Notes: generated by a model from the sequence alone, not told the origin. A stretch of 64,000 bases of DNA from Octopus sinensis (GCF_006345805.1 NC_043015.1:52204001-52268000), one strand, 5' to 3'. Positions 39,579-53,373 are shown, numbered from the stretch's first letter. Numbers and translations: made by a program.

Positions 39579-39586
39579 GTACATAT

Positions 39587-39767
39587 TAGGAAGTTAAAAG
39601 TTATGGCCGGTCATAAAATGACCGTTGGATTCGCACCAAGCATATAGAAGTTAAGTACCTTTAAATCTTCAGCCATTTGAGACTAATGAACCGCCTATAG
39701 TGCTAAGCGCTTTATAGGTGTGAAACCAATGGTTGCTCTATGACCGGCCATAACTTTTAGCTTTCTA
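39587..39767. mobile_element. MITE with 29-bp terminal inverted repeats
   Basis: TAGGAAGTTAAAAGTTATGGCCGGTCATA vs TATGACCGGCCATAACTTTTAGCTTTCTA (27/29 match). Confidence 0.8.
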
Positions 39768-39949
39768 AAAAGATCTTCTACTACTCTAATATTTTAGAGT
39801 ATGTTCCTTTTTTGAAACTGTTGGCGAAGAGACCAAGAAGGGGGCGTTGTTATTAGAACACTGTAAATCATTTACCACGAAAGAAAGACAGAAATAGTGG
39901 AAATCTAATTACTGAAATTAATATAGTTGTTTAGAATGAGCTAAGCTCA

Positions 39950-40125
39950 AAGGCTACGAGCTGACAGAATCGTTAAAACGACGGACAGAACGATTAGCGA
40001 CATTTTATTTATGTTCTAATTTCAAATTTCGCTGAGGTCGACTTTGCCGTTCATCCTTGCGGTGTCGATAAAATAAGTACCTTGTGTCAAAATTATTGTC
40101 CTTGAGTTCACATGTGAAATCATTA
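39950..40125 (+). mobile_element. SINE family B, diverged
   Basis: GAGCTGACAGAATCGTTA...TTCAAATTTCGCTGAGGTCGACTTTGCCGTTCATCC...GTCGATAAAATAAGTACC. Confidence 0.8.
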
Positions 40126-40881
40126 TAAGCAATGAATACTGCTGAATTGTCTCTGAAGATACGGGTTTACCGAACAAATGTGCGAGGTCCTTAGCAGTCT
40201 AGGGGTCGAATGCTAAGCTATGTATGTTGTGGCTTTATAAAATAAATACTATAGCTCCAACCCCGCCGGATTGCATTTTTCAGGAAGAGGCATGGATTAT
40301 AACACTGTGAAATTGCTCTGCGTGTGAGTTACAAATTTTGGTGGTCGGTGGATAGGCATAACACTATAGGCCCTGCGAAAAGGGTAAGATATATGACCCC
40401 CACTCCATCCCCGTGAGATTTGCGCTCGGACTGAAACGAAACAAAGCCGAGAATGACATTTTAGGCAACCCTCTGCTGAATCTGCGAATTTATCACCGTT
40501 ATGTAAAGAAGAAAATATTACCAAAAAGTAGATTAAATTCATGAAATATTTAGAATTGAATTGCGATTCAATTGTTTTTAGCGGTTTACTTTTGTTTTGG
40601 TGTTTTTCTTCAATTTCATTGAAATTATTTCGCTTTTAAATTTCAAGTTGATCAAAGAGAGATGTTGGTTTCTTTTTTCTTTTCTTTTTTTTTTTGTTTC
40701 GTATGATTGGAATCCATTTATTTATATCTAATTTCTGGGAGAAGAACAGACAAACAACGCGTGTGAACGGTGAACGAGAGATACGCGACAGTCAGGCTTG
40801 TTCTGTTTCTATTTATTATGGTATATCGTTTATAATCACACATATCTAAGTACGCACACTCACAAACGAAATTACAAAAGC

Positions 40882-40941
<60 letters not shown>

Positions 40942-40967
40942 ATATATATATATTATATTTATATATA

Positions 40968-41021
<54 letters not shown>

Positions 41022-41246
41022 TATATATATGAATATATATTTATATTTATATATATGTATGTATATATATGTGTGTATATATGTATACGTATATATTTAT
41101 ATATACATGTAAATATGCGCACAATTCACGCACAGATACATGCATACATACATATAATACACAGACATGTATATACATACATACATACACACACACACAC
41201 CACACACACACACATATATATATATATATAATATATATATATATAT

Positions 41247-41283
<37 letters not shown>

Positions 41284-41649
41284 ATGTATATGTCTATATA
41301 ATATACATGTGTTATTCGTCGTATGATGGTTAAGATTGGAAACACTTCTTTTACGATTATGGATAGTATCACGAAACATAGCTTATATACAATTTAACTC
41401 TTATCAAATGTATTGGTGTTTATACAAAATGATGAAATGAATAGAAATTTTCGAGAAAAGTATTTTTACCTTAAAGCAAAATTGAATAAAACAAATTTTT
41501 CGTTTTTCCATTTGCAATAAATATGATATTTTCCTAAACTTTATCATTGTAACCGCGATTCACTTCTTCGAAAAACCTACCACTGCAAAATTTCATTAGA
41601 AATGAAGTGGTGGTGATGTTGGTGCTGGTGGTACTGGTGGGTTCAGAAT

Positions 41650-42281
41650 GATATCATTGTCTGCTATCAAGCCTAGTATGTGCACGTATCAGATATCTGG
41701 TATATCTTTTACTAGTTTCAGCTCGGTAGTTGCGGTCATGCTAGAGCAACGTCGTTAGCTTTGCTGCAGTTTCACTTCTCGAAACCTTCTCTGATATGAA
41801 GCATTTGGTGATTGATACTGCTGCCCTTAGCTGCATCTCCTGAAATGAGATAGGCTCTTCTGGAACTCTTGATAGGGGGAGATCCAGGTTTGTTCTGAAA
41901 ACACTTACATCCACCCAATGATGTTCTCTCTGGCTTTTTGGGGAAGATATCGCATAGCTGTATGCCCTTGAAAAACAAGCTGTTGCAGGACCTGGTACTG
42001 TATTTTGATGTCGATGTTGCAATCTTGGCACTATTCAATGGCGCCAGTTCCACTGTTTGTGTAATTTTCAATGCTAGAGTTTCGTACACTTTCAGCATTA
42101 TCTAGCATCTTCTGGAAACTTCCTCTGATATGCTTCATATACGAGGAGGTTTCCAGAAGTGGAATTGTAGCAAAGCTAACAGAGTTGCTCCAGCATGACC
42201 GCAACTACTGAGCCGAAACTAGTAAAAGATATACGAAATATAGGATACGTGCACATACTGGGCTTAGCAGGCAATGATATC
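41650..42281. mobile_element. LINE 3' fragment flanked by about 155-bp inverted copies of its own 3' end
   Basis: Arms 41650-41804 and 42130-42281 (about 85% identical by hand alignment); a small hairpin sits at 42109-42159. Confidence 0.85.
41805..42108 (-). pseudogene. CR1/L2-group LINE ORF2 C-terminus
   Basis: ...IATSTSKYSTRSCNSLFFKGIQL..FPK.../VDVSVFRTNLDLPLSRVPEEP...QLRAAVS matches the recalled NSL..KG.QLFN.LP...FK..LD..L..VPDEP motif. Clade assignment is inferred. Confidence 0.75.
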
Positions 42282-42450
42282 TTTCCCACCGTCTTTCTAG
42301 GCTCTCGGGTGTTAGCTTTTTGAGTCGTTCCTAGCATCTGGCATGTAGCATTGAGACGATCTTCTTTGTGTAGCGTCGCTGGATTAGTTCGAGTTCTGAC
42401 GTTAATTTCACACCGCGTGGAGACCAGGATTTGTGCCTATAGTAGAAAGG

Positions 42451-42486
<36 letters not shown>

Positions 42487-42593
42487 GTTGTTGTTGTTGT
42501 TGTTGCTGTTGTTGTTGTAATCATTCTCATTCTTTTAATTCTTTTTGCGCATCTGGGTTTTATTTAGTTTTATAAAATATAAACAAAAACATA

Positions 42594-43000
42594 GGCGTAT
42601 GGTAAGCAGATTGCTTCCCAACCACATGGTTCCGGGTTCAGTCTAACTGCGTGGCACCTTGGATAAGTGTCTTCTACTATGGCCTCGGGCCGACCGAAGC
42701 CTTGTGAGTAGACAGGAACTATAGAAACCTGTCGTATACATGTATATATATATATGTGTGTGTGTGTATAAGTGTGTGTGTGTGTATGTATAAGTGTATA
42801 TGTTTGTGTCCCCAGCATCGCTTGAAAAACGAATGCTGGTATGCTTACGTCCCCGTAATCTAGCGGTTCAGCAAAGGATACCGATAGAAGTACCTGGCTT
42901 ACAAAGAATAAGTACTGGGGATGATCTGCTCGACTAAAGGCGGTGCTCCAGCATGACCACAGTCAAATGACTGAAACAAGCGAAAGAGTAAAAGAGTAAA
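42594..43000 (+). mobile_element. SINE family A, near full length
   Basis: Collinear with 33838-34244. Confidence 0.9.
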
Positions 43001-43732
43001 AACAGCGCAAGAATTTGAAATTAGAACGGCGAACAACGAACTACAATGCACAACAGCCATTAGACGAATTATGTAGACTTTAAGCGAGGTCGTCATGTGT
43101 TCAGTACATTACGACCATATAACGTGTAAGCTGTTAAAGCGATGTTTGGTTGGTGCTAATTCTGTTCTAAGAAGGTTATTTACACGGCTTGTTAGGGATA
43201 ATACAATTATGTTCGGAGCTTGTGGAAGACCAATATCAGTAGAATTTTAAGCTGTAAAATTTCCTTGGTGATTTTATTGTGATTTATCTCGATAATTCAT
43301 CCTATGTATAATTTATCCGAATCCTCAATTGGGATCTACTTTATTTATACACTTGCAATATACAATGGCAAAGCATTGAAATTACCTCTGACAATTTGTG
43401 TTTCCAACCTCATACGTATGCACAGATATAGATTACACACGTCGCACACATACAGGTCCACATAGACATACATATACATACACACACACAATCACACACA
43501 CAGACACTGATCAGCGTTGCTTCTACTTGTTCTACTCACCATTTCTGTCTTTCCTCTCTAGTCAATATCCATTCGTATCTGTCTTTCTCTTTAATTGTTT
43601 CTTATTATCTCATAACCTATCACTTTCACTTTCTCCACGAATTCATACACGTATAACCTAGATTCATTTGCATGCGTTTCTGTTGGTAAATATTTCTATA
43701 CGAATCTCTGTGTGTGTATGTGTGTGTTTGTA

Positions 43733-43807
<75 letters not shown>

Positions 43808-44626
43808 ATCGGTGTGAAATGAATGGATTATCAAGGAACAGGAAGTATGTGATAAATTTTGTTAGCTTACAGAGGTTTCTGCTATCAGAAGCAGTGCACT
43901 GCGAGCTGAGTGCTTGTGCAGCATATTATAGCTTCGTCAGAGCCATTAAAATGGAGTTTGTATTTATTTCGGGTGCGTAGAAACATACGAAAGAGGTCAC
44001 CATCAATATTCTAAGCATATATATGTTGAGGAAGAGAAAGCAGGTATGCACATGCTTGCCTGTGCTGTGTGAGCAGGTATATTGAGACATCTCAGCGTAA
44101 CCTTATGTAATAAACGCAGTGCTTCATATTTTAAGAGAGTGAGGTAGAGAGAGAAAGAGAGAGACTGTGTAGACATACATCCATTCTATACACGCACACA
44201 CATATATGTATGTGTGTGTGCATGTGCGTGTGTGTGTGTGTGTGGTGTGTGTGTGTGTGTGTATGTGTGAGTGTGTAGGTATATACTCTTTTCCACTTCT
44301 CTTGCTTTACCTTGAGGTAAACAATATATGTTTAGTTTTGTCTGGAAAAAAATTCAGAAAAGGTTACATAACATTTGACCTACATGAAAAGATGAGAATC
44401 TAGACAAAATGTCAACATCTTTGATGCAAAATTGTGTCGTACAATATGGAAAGTATTTACATCCACTCCTGTATATTAGGACATATCTTATTCTTTCTCT
44501 CACTACCGGCCACGTAATATATAGATATATATGTGTGTGTGTGTGTGTGTGTATGTGTGTGTGTGTGTGCGTGCTTGTGTGTGTGTGTATGCGTAGGTAT
44601 TGTATATATGTATGTAGTATATATAT

Positions 44627-44666
<40 letters not shown>

Positions 44667-44683
44667 GGAGATGTACTTGCATA

Positions 44684-44979
<296 letters not shown>

Positions 44980-44984
44980 GTATT

Positions 44985-45453
44985 GTAAAATATATTTGGC
45001 AACTAAATGTGGCGGCCCATGGAGGACGATGTTACTGTTGTTTGTAGCCCCAGGAAGACATCTCCTCCAGCTAGCTAACGACGCATGCTCTGTGCCCGAT
45101 TAGTATTTGCGATGGGAGGTCATCGCTCTTTCACTAGCTTTACGTGATACACATAGACCCAGGTTTCTGAATAGTTACACGTTTTCACCATGTGACAATC
45201 ACTAGCTTCTGATGAAAACTCATTCCGCTCGCAAAACACTATTTGCTTTTTCCAGAAGCAAACTGTCGCTGATCTCGACAAAGGAGAAGTAAGCTATATT
45301 AAATCTCTGTAACAGTACGGAATCGTAAAATATATTAGCCAAGTATATGTGGCGGTCCCATAGAGGACGATGTTACTGTTATTTTAAGCCTCAGAAAGAC
45401 ATCTTCTCCAGCTGACTAACGACACACTGTCTGTGTTCGATTAGTATTTGCGA
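44985..45453 (-). mobile_element. Retrozyme-like monomer (340-bp period, about 1.4 copies)
   Basis: GTAAAATATATT...ATGTGGCGG...GAGGACGATGTTACTGTT...TTAGTATTTGCGA at 44985-45112 is repeated at 45325-45453; homologous to 36302-36696. Confidence 0.75.
45150..45194 (-). ncRNA. Hammerhead homologue with an intact stem I and a mutated core
   Basis: Minus strand reads CACATG-GTGAAAA-CGTGTAACTATTCA-GAAA-CCTGGG-TC-TATGTG; core-to-cleavage-site region is gap-free with the 36466 motif. Confidence 0.6.
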
Positions 45454-45518
45454 GTTGGTAAATATAGTTTACGATTCCGTACTGTTTGTGTTTAACTTTC
45501 GCATATTTTTCCTTTTTC

Positions 45519-45799
45519 GCGGTCAGCGCTGAGGTAGTGATTTCGATTCCCGGACCGTGTTCCCTGTTGTGTTCTTGAGCAAGACACTTTATTTCAGGTT
45601 GCACTCAGCTGTAGAAATGAGTTGCGACGTCACAGGTGCCAAGCTGTATCGGCCTCTTTCCCTTTCTCTAGGAAAACATCGGTGACGTGGAGAGGGAAGG
45701 CTGGTTGCATGGGCGACTGCTGGTCTTCCACAAACAACCTTGCCCAGACTTGTGCCTCGGTGTAATCCCACGGTCATTCAATACGGAAGGGAGTCTTTA
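45519..45799 (+). mobile_element. CORE-like SINE with tail R, 5'-truncated
   Basis: Collinear with 21680-21977. Confidence 0.85.
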
Positions 45800-46574
45800 C
45801 CCTGTGTGTGTATGTGTGTACGTAATACCTACCTACCTACATACATACATACATACATACATACATACATACATACATACATACATACATACATACATAC
45901 ATACATACATACACTACATACATACATACATACATACATTATGGCTGCTCCCTCGTTATCGAGTATGGCCATTGCACGATGCTTAACTGTTATTGGTGCT
46001 GTGATCGAATGTGACTTTTTAGCCCAGCTAAAGATCTACAATGACTTGTACAGAATTGGCAACTAAATCTTTACTGGTAATAGCCGGCTGTAGTTGTAAC
46101 TGGGCTTCATGTATCTTTGCATGTCGTTTAAGTCCTCTCTTCCACATGCCTGACAGATATGATTAGTATGGTGTGTAACATACATACATACATACATACA
46201 TACATACACACACACATACATACATCCATACCTACCTACCTACCTACCTACATACATACATACATACATACATACATACATACATACATACATACATACA
46301 TACATACATACATACATACATACATACATACATGCATGAATGGAGTTTCAGAAAACAGAATCAACCAGCTCATATGCGCATAAAAAAAAGTAATGGATAA
46401 GAGGAAAAGTGAAATTATGTAAGACTTTTCTGAAATTAAAATGTGACATGGCGTTTTGTTATTTAAATTCTAACCATGGAACTGCATATGTTTGTTAGAA
46501 ACCGGTTCCTTTCTAATTGGAAGATTTCAAATAAATAATAATAGAAAAAAGAACATTCATACACATATACGTTT

Positions 46575-46730
46575 CAAATTTTGGCACGAGGCCAGCAATT
46601 CCTAGGGAATGTTCAACTGCTACTTATTTTATCTCGAAAGAATAAAAAGGGTTTGAACTTAGAACGCAAAGACGGATGAAATGCCGCTAAGCATTTCGTT
46701 CGACGCACCAACGATTCTGTCAGCTCTCCC
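46575..46730 (-). mobile_element. SINE family B, diverged
   Basis: GAACTTAGAACG...GAAATGCCGCTAAGCATTTCG...AACGATTCTGTCAGCTC. Confidence 0.7.
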
Positions 46731-47172
46731 CTACAGAACATGCAAATATAGACTAAAGCACAATCTATATTGCTTTATATTTGTCCCAATGTCTTCGGAA
46801 ACAACTGCCAACCAATCAAAACCAATCTATTATTCACTGCAAATTTCGTTTCCATTCCTCCATGCCACTCTCTTTACAATCTGAAATTTGGATTTTTTTT
46901 TTTTTTTTGTTTTTCTATTATAACTTCAACATTTCCATCCCCCAAAACCTCCTTCTTCATTTGTCCTACTCTTGTACTCCTCTACACATCTACTCCTTCC
47001 ATCTGTCACCAATATCCTATTTCTTCTTTAAGCTCCAAGACTATTTCCCCCCCCCCCGCTCTCATTGACATGTACCATCATCGGTTTCTCTCCACGCTTT
47101 CGCTCTATCTGCTCTCAAACACTCTCCTTCCTTCTCTATTTTGTTTCTTTTTCTGCTGCTTCATCACTAACA

Positions 47173-47206
<34 letters not shown>

Positions 47207-48638
47207 GCCTCCTCCTCCTCCTCCTCTCTTATCCCCTTTCTCCTACTTGATCTTGGTATTTGTCCCGTTATTATTGTTATTGTTGTTGTGTTTGTTGGTG
47301 GTGGTGGTGGTGGTGGTTTTGCCTTCTTCCTCCAGCTCTTCTTTGCCCCCATTCCTCTTGGCCAATCAGCCCAGGATAGTCTCAGCAACATTAGATGAGA
47401 TTCTAATCAATACTTTTGCCTTGCCCTTGCTTCAGCACACTTCCTCCTTTCCCGTTTACCCCCAACCCCCACCCGTTACACCACACAAACCCTTGCACAC
47501 TCATACACATACACACACACACGCACACATGGACCAAAACACGCCAATACCCTCATCACATTCACTCCAAAATTCATTCTCACTCATACGTGCACTCACG
47601 CTTTTGTCCTCACACTCTCACATCGGCATCTATGCTTTCTCTCACTCTCTCTCTCTCACCCTCTCTCTCTCTCTTTCACTCTCTCTCATTCACTCACTCA
47701 CTCACACACACGCGCGAACACACACATGTGGAAGCCAAAACAAAGCTTCCTCCCTCGACCCTCTCCACTCTCTTTCAACCTTCCCCTCTCATTCTTTCTC
47801 TCTCTGTACATACATAGCACACACACACAACATACTCATGCACACAAACAGATACACACAGACACACATAAGTATACGCATACATGAATACATGCACACA
47901 CATACATACATATATACATACATACACACAGATATATAGATATAGATATAGGTATAGATATATATATATATATATACGCACACAAGTGTGTGTGTGTGTT
48001 GTCTACCTCCTCTCACCAACTTTGTATGTCTCCCAACGTCTCTTTCTATCTCTCTCAGTCTCTCTCACTACCACTCTCTTTTTCTCTCTCTTTCACTCAC
48101 TCTCTCTCTCTCTCCTTCCCTCTCTCCTTCCCTCTCGTGTTCCCTGTAACTCTTTCAACTATTTATCTCCCTTACCCCGACCTCTTCTTCGCTCTATTTT
48201 CCCCCCTCCACTTCCTTCAACATGTCCCATTCGACCGATTCCGAGGATCCAGGCTTCACTCTCTCTTTCCATTCTCAATATTCACTTTTTTTCTTTCTTC
48301 TTTCCTTCCTCTGTCTTTTCCATCATTTCACTTCTCTCTTTCTCCCTTACTTTCTCTCCGTCTCTCTTCCTCTCTTTTCCTTCTCTTTTCTTTCTTTTCT
48401 GCTCTCCTTTCTCACTTTCGTTTCTTTCCGACACTTCTCTCCATCTTTTTATCGTCCCGAATCCAACATAAGAATCTTACCTTCTCATTCTTTCTCTCTA
48501 TCGCTTTCTTTATATCACTCGTTCAGTCTGTGTGCCTGTCCAACTGCATATACACGCGTGTAAGACCCTACATGCATATATACATGTATATAAAATATAC
48601 ATATACACACATATATATAAAATATACATATACATAAT

Positions 48639-48693
<55 letters not shown>

Positions 48694-48716
48694 ATATATA
48701 TGTATATTATATATAC

Positions 48717-48761
<45 letters not shown>

Positions 48762-48780
48762 TTGTGTTGCAAGAGAAAGG

Positions 48781-48873
48781 GAGCGAGAGAAAGAGGGAGA
48801 GAGAGGAGGAGGAAGTATGGTAAATCCATGAGAGTTTCACGAGAGACTTAGGGAATGAGAGACGGAAGAAGGC

Positions 48874-48905
<32 letters not shown>

Positions 48906-48955
48906 GAAGGAGAAAGAGAGAGGACCATTCCGAAAATAACAATATATATATATTA

Positions 48956-49033
<78 letters not shown>

Positions 49034-49245
49034 TGTATGTATATAAATGTATATATATATATATATGTATATAGATATATATATGTATGTATGTATGTAT
49101 ATACATGTACGACTTCTTTCTTTCTTGCTCACTCTCTCTCTCTCTATCTCTGCCTTCTTCCGTCTCTCATTCCCTAAGTCTCTCGTGAAACACTCATGGA
49201 TTTACCATACACCCTCCTCCTCTCTCTCCCTCTTTCTCTCACTCT
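48781..49245. repeat. About 110-bp inverted duplication around a (TA)n tract
   Basis: 48781-48895 is the reverse complement of about 49132-49245 with few mismatches. Confidence 0.9.
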
Positions 49246-49328
49246 CTTTCTCTTTCTCTTTCTCTCTCTTTATTCTTCTCTCTGTCTCTCGTAAAACCCT
49301 TATAAATTTACCTCTCTTTCTTACACGC

Positions 49329-49364
<36 letters not shown>

Positions 49365-49900
49365 GTTCTCTCTCCATTTCTTGTGAAACTGCCACAGGTC
49401 TACTGCTTTCACTCTCTCTCTCTCACTCATCCTTCCTTTCTGTTTTACTCTATCTATCTATCTGTCTGCCTTTCTCTCTCTCTCTCACATAGTCTTATTC
49501 TGTTTCCTCTGTCTCTGTCTGTCTCTCTTTATCACTCACTTCACCTCTCTCACTCACTTTAACATCCTCTCTCTCACACTCGCATTCTCTCTTTATGTGT
49601 GTGTTTCTCTCTCTTACTCACTTCACCTCTTGTAAAACTCCGATAGATCCTCTCTCTCTCTCTTCCTCTCATTCTCTCTCCCTCCCACTCACTTATACTC
49701 TCTGTCTGTCTCTCACCCCCTTCTCTCTCTCCTTCTCTCTCGGTACACATGCAATGACTAGCATATCTTTCAATCTGTCCATATCGAAGTTTACTCTAGA
49801 ATCGCATCTCTCCACACACATTTCATGCATATATCCGTATCCCCCTACCTCTCACTGCCGCTCTCTCTCCCTCACTCTCTTTCTCTGTTTCTTCTACTTC

Positions 49901-49934
<34 letters not shown>

Positions 49935-50143
49935 CTTCTCTCTCACGCTATCCCTCCTTCATTATCGGTCGTTCGACTCTCTGTACCAATATGATATTCA
50001 ATGCTTCTACCGCCATTGCTACCCTCCACCCACTAACTTCAACACCCTACTTTCATTTTCAGACTGGATGTATTTGCATGTATGTCTACATACGTGAACA
50101 CACGTTTACACACATACACACGCATGCACACACACAAACACAA

Positions 50144-50177
<34 letters not shown>

Positions 50178-50567
50178 TCATAACTCACACATACACACGC
50201 ATGAACACACACAAACAAAAACTCGTACAAGCTCACATACACACAAACACACGCATACACACGCATACACACAAGCTTACACACACATGCATACGTATGC
50301 GCACACATGCACACGCATACACACAAGCTTACACATGCATGCACAAACACACACAAACAAACACTCACATACACCCGTATACACACGCGTGCACACACAC
50401 ATAAACAAAAACTCACACGCACAAACGCACGCTTGCACATACATACATACAAACTCACACACACACACATACACACGCATGCACACACACAAACATAAAC
50501 TCACACACACAAACTCACATACATACATATACATAGGCATGCATACACACAAACACAAATTCACACA

Positions 50568-50601
<34 letters not shown>

Positions 50602-50607
<6 letters not shown>

Positions 50608-50640
50608 AACGCATAAACACACAGAAACTCACACAAAAGA

Positions 50641-50677
<37 letters not shown>

Positions 50678-50710
50678 AACGCATAAACACACACAAACTC
50701 ACACAAAAGA

Positions 50711-50751
<41 letters not shown>

Positions 50752-50790
50752 AACGCATAAACACACAGAAACTCACACAAAAGAACATAC
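50602..50790. repeat. Minisatellite, three units of 70-74 bp
   Basis: CAAACGAACGCATAAACACACA.AAACTCACACAAAAGAACATAC(AC)n at 50602, 50672 and 50746. Confidence 0.9.
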
Positions 50791-51315
50791 ACACACACAC
50801 ACACACACATCTATATATACACAGTCGCTGAAAAAACACGCACACGTACACTCCCTTACACACATAAATGGAAAGAAAATTTAAACACACATTTTGATAT
50901 ACACTAATGCACAGACACACACAAACATATAGAAACACATATACACGCATACACATTCACATACGCATGCATACATACAAACACACTTCCATACAAACTA
51001 GCACATACTTCAAAAACACATACACTAAAACACACAAACACACACCTATATATTACACAAGCATATATATATATGCACACATAAGCACGCACGCACACAC
51101 ACTCAGACACTCATAAATGCACACATATATATTAAACACATACATACAGATATACGCACGCATAGTCATTCACGCACATTGCCACACCAACACATATACA
51201 CACACATCCAGGCATACACATATATTGCACACGCACATATATGCACACATTGACACACATTCATGCACACTTGCTCACAGACGCATACAAATAAACAATT
51301 ATTCACACAAGCACG

Positions 51316-51347
<32 letters not shown>

Positions 51348-51467
51348 ATTATATATATATATATATGTATATATGTATATATACACACACATACATATAT
51401 ATATACACACATATATATGTACCAGTATACACACACTGACTTTCTCTCTTTCTGTCACACACGCACA

Positions 51468-51507
<40 letters not shown>

Positions 51508-52029
51508 ACCAATCAAACCTGGCAGAGCTGGCCACAAATATAACAATCCAGTCTCCCTCGTCCTACATTCGAAAGATCCAATCGCTGCAACGCACACACA
51601 AACATATAAAACATACACATATACACAGCTACATATACACACACAGACACACACACACGCACACACATTTATATATATACACACACACATGCACACTCAA
51701 CCGTGTGCTATGTTCTTCTTCTTCTCTGCTAAATATAGCGGTAAAGACCACTTGTCCTAACGCCGTATATTAAACCACATTCTTTATATTTCACGTCAAA
51801 TGAAACAGTCCTATCTCACACATCTCTACCATCCCACCGTTGTTCTGTTGTTCTGTTGTTCCGTTGTTCCGTTGTTCTGTTGTTCCATTATTCTGCAATG
51901 CCTTTGTTGAACTGGATTGCTGCCACTTCCACGCTGCCATCATTGAAAAATCATTTTATTAAAACGCAAGCCGCAGCGTTTCTGTCACTTTCCCCTAATT
52001 CTCTCTCTTCTATTTCGCATACATACGTA

Positions 52030-52882
52030 TTACAACATAATACATACATACATACATGCATGCATGCATGTATACATGCATGCATACATAATACATACAT
52101 ACATACATGCATACATAAACATAACATTACATACATACATACATACATGCATGCATGCATGTATACATGCATGCATACATACATACATACATACATACAT
52201 GCATACATACATACATATATACATACATACATACATGCATGCATGCATACATAAATACAACATACATACATACATATAACATACATACAATATACATACA
52301 TGCATACATGCATGCATACATACATACATACATACTACATCATACATACATAACTACATGCATACATACATACATGCATGCATGCATACATACATACATA
52401 CATACATACATACACACACACATACATACATACATACATACATACATACATGCATACATACATGCATACATACATACATGCATGCATGCATACATACATA
52501 CATACATACATGCATGCATACATACATACATACATGCATGCATACATACATACATACATACATACACACACACATACATACATACATACATACATGCATA
52601 CATACATATATGCATACATACATACATGCATGCATGCATACATACATACATGCATGCATACATACATACATACATACATACATACACACACACATACATA
52701 CATACATACATATATACATGCATGCATGCATGCATACATACATACATACATGAATACATACATACATACATACATACATACATACATAAATGCATGCATA
52801 CATACATACATACATACATACATACATACATAAATACATACATACATACATACATACATACATACATACATACATACATACA

Positions 52883-52912
<30 letters not shown>
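52030..52912. repeat. (CATA)n/(CATG)n tetranucleotide array
   Basis: Direct reading; it produces the HTYI/MYVC ORFs. Confidence 0.97.
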
Positions 52913-52913
<1 letters not shown>

Positions 52914-52965
52914 GTATTATATATTAAAGTATGTCATATTCTGTTATGTTATTTTTATTGTGTTA

Positions 52966-53167
52966 TTCTTTTATTTGTTTCAGTCACTTGACTGCGGCCA
53001 TACTGGGGCCATGCCTATACTTGGACAAATCGGCCCCAGGACTTATTATTTGTAAGCCTAGCACTTTTTCTATCGATCTCTTTTGCCGAACCGCTAAGTT
53101 ACGAAGGCATAAACACACCAACATCGGTTATCAAGTGATGGTGGGGGACAAACAGACACACACATAT

Positions 53168-53211
<44 letters not shown>

Positions 53212-53373
53212 GACGGGTTTCTTTCAGTTTCCGTTTACCAAATCCACTCACAGGGCTTTGGTCGGCCCAAGGCTATAGTAGAAGACATTTGCCCAAGGTG
53301 CTAGGCAGTGGGACTGAACCCGGAACCATGTAGTTGGTAAGCAAGCTACTTACCACACACTTACTCCTGTGCC
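52966..53373 (-). mobile_element. SINE family A, full length
   Basis: Collinear with the reverse complement of 33838-34244. Confidence 0.9.

Noticed and set aside
45219-45250. Plus-strand CTGATGA inside the retrozyme-like monomer
   Set aside because: It has no stem II or GAAA and is not conserved in the 36-kb copy. The supported ribozyme is on the minus strand.
50602-50790. CRISPR-like spacing of repeats (also 57440-57487 and the 8150-8270 CACGACGCC units)
   Set aside because: These are eukaryotic minisatellites with non-unique spacers and no cas genes.
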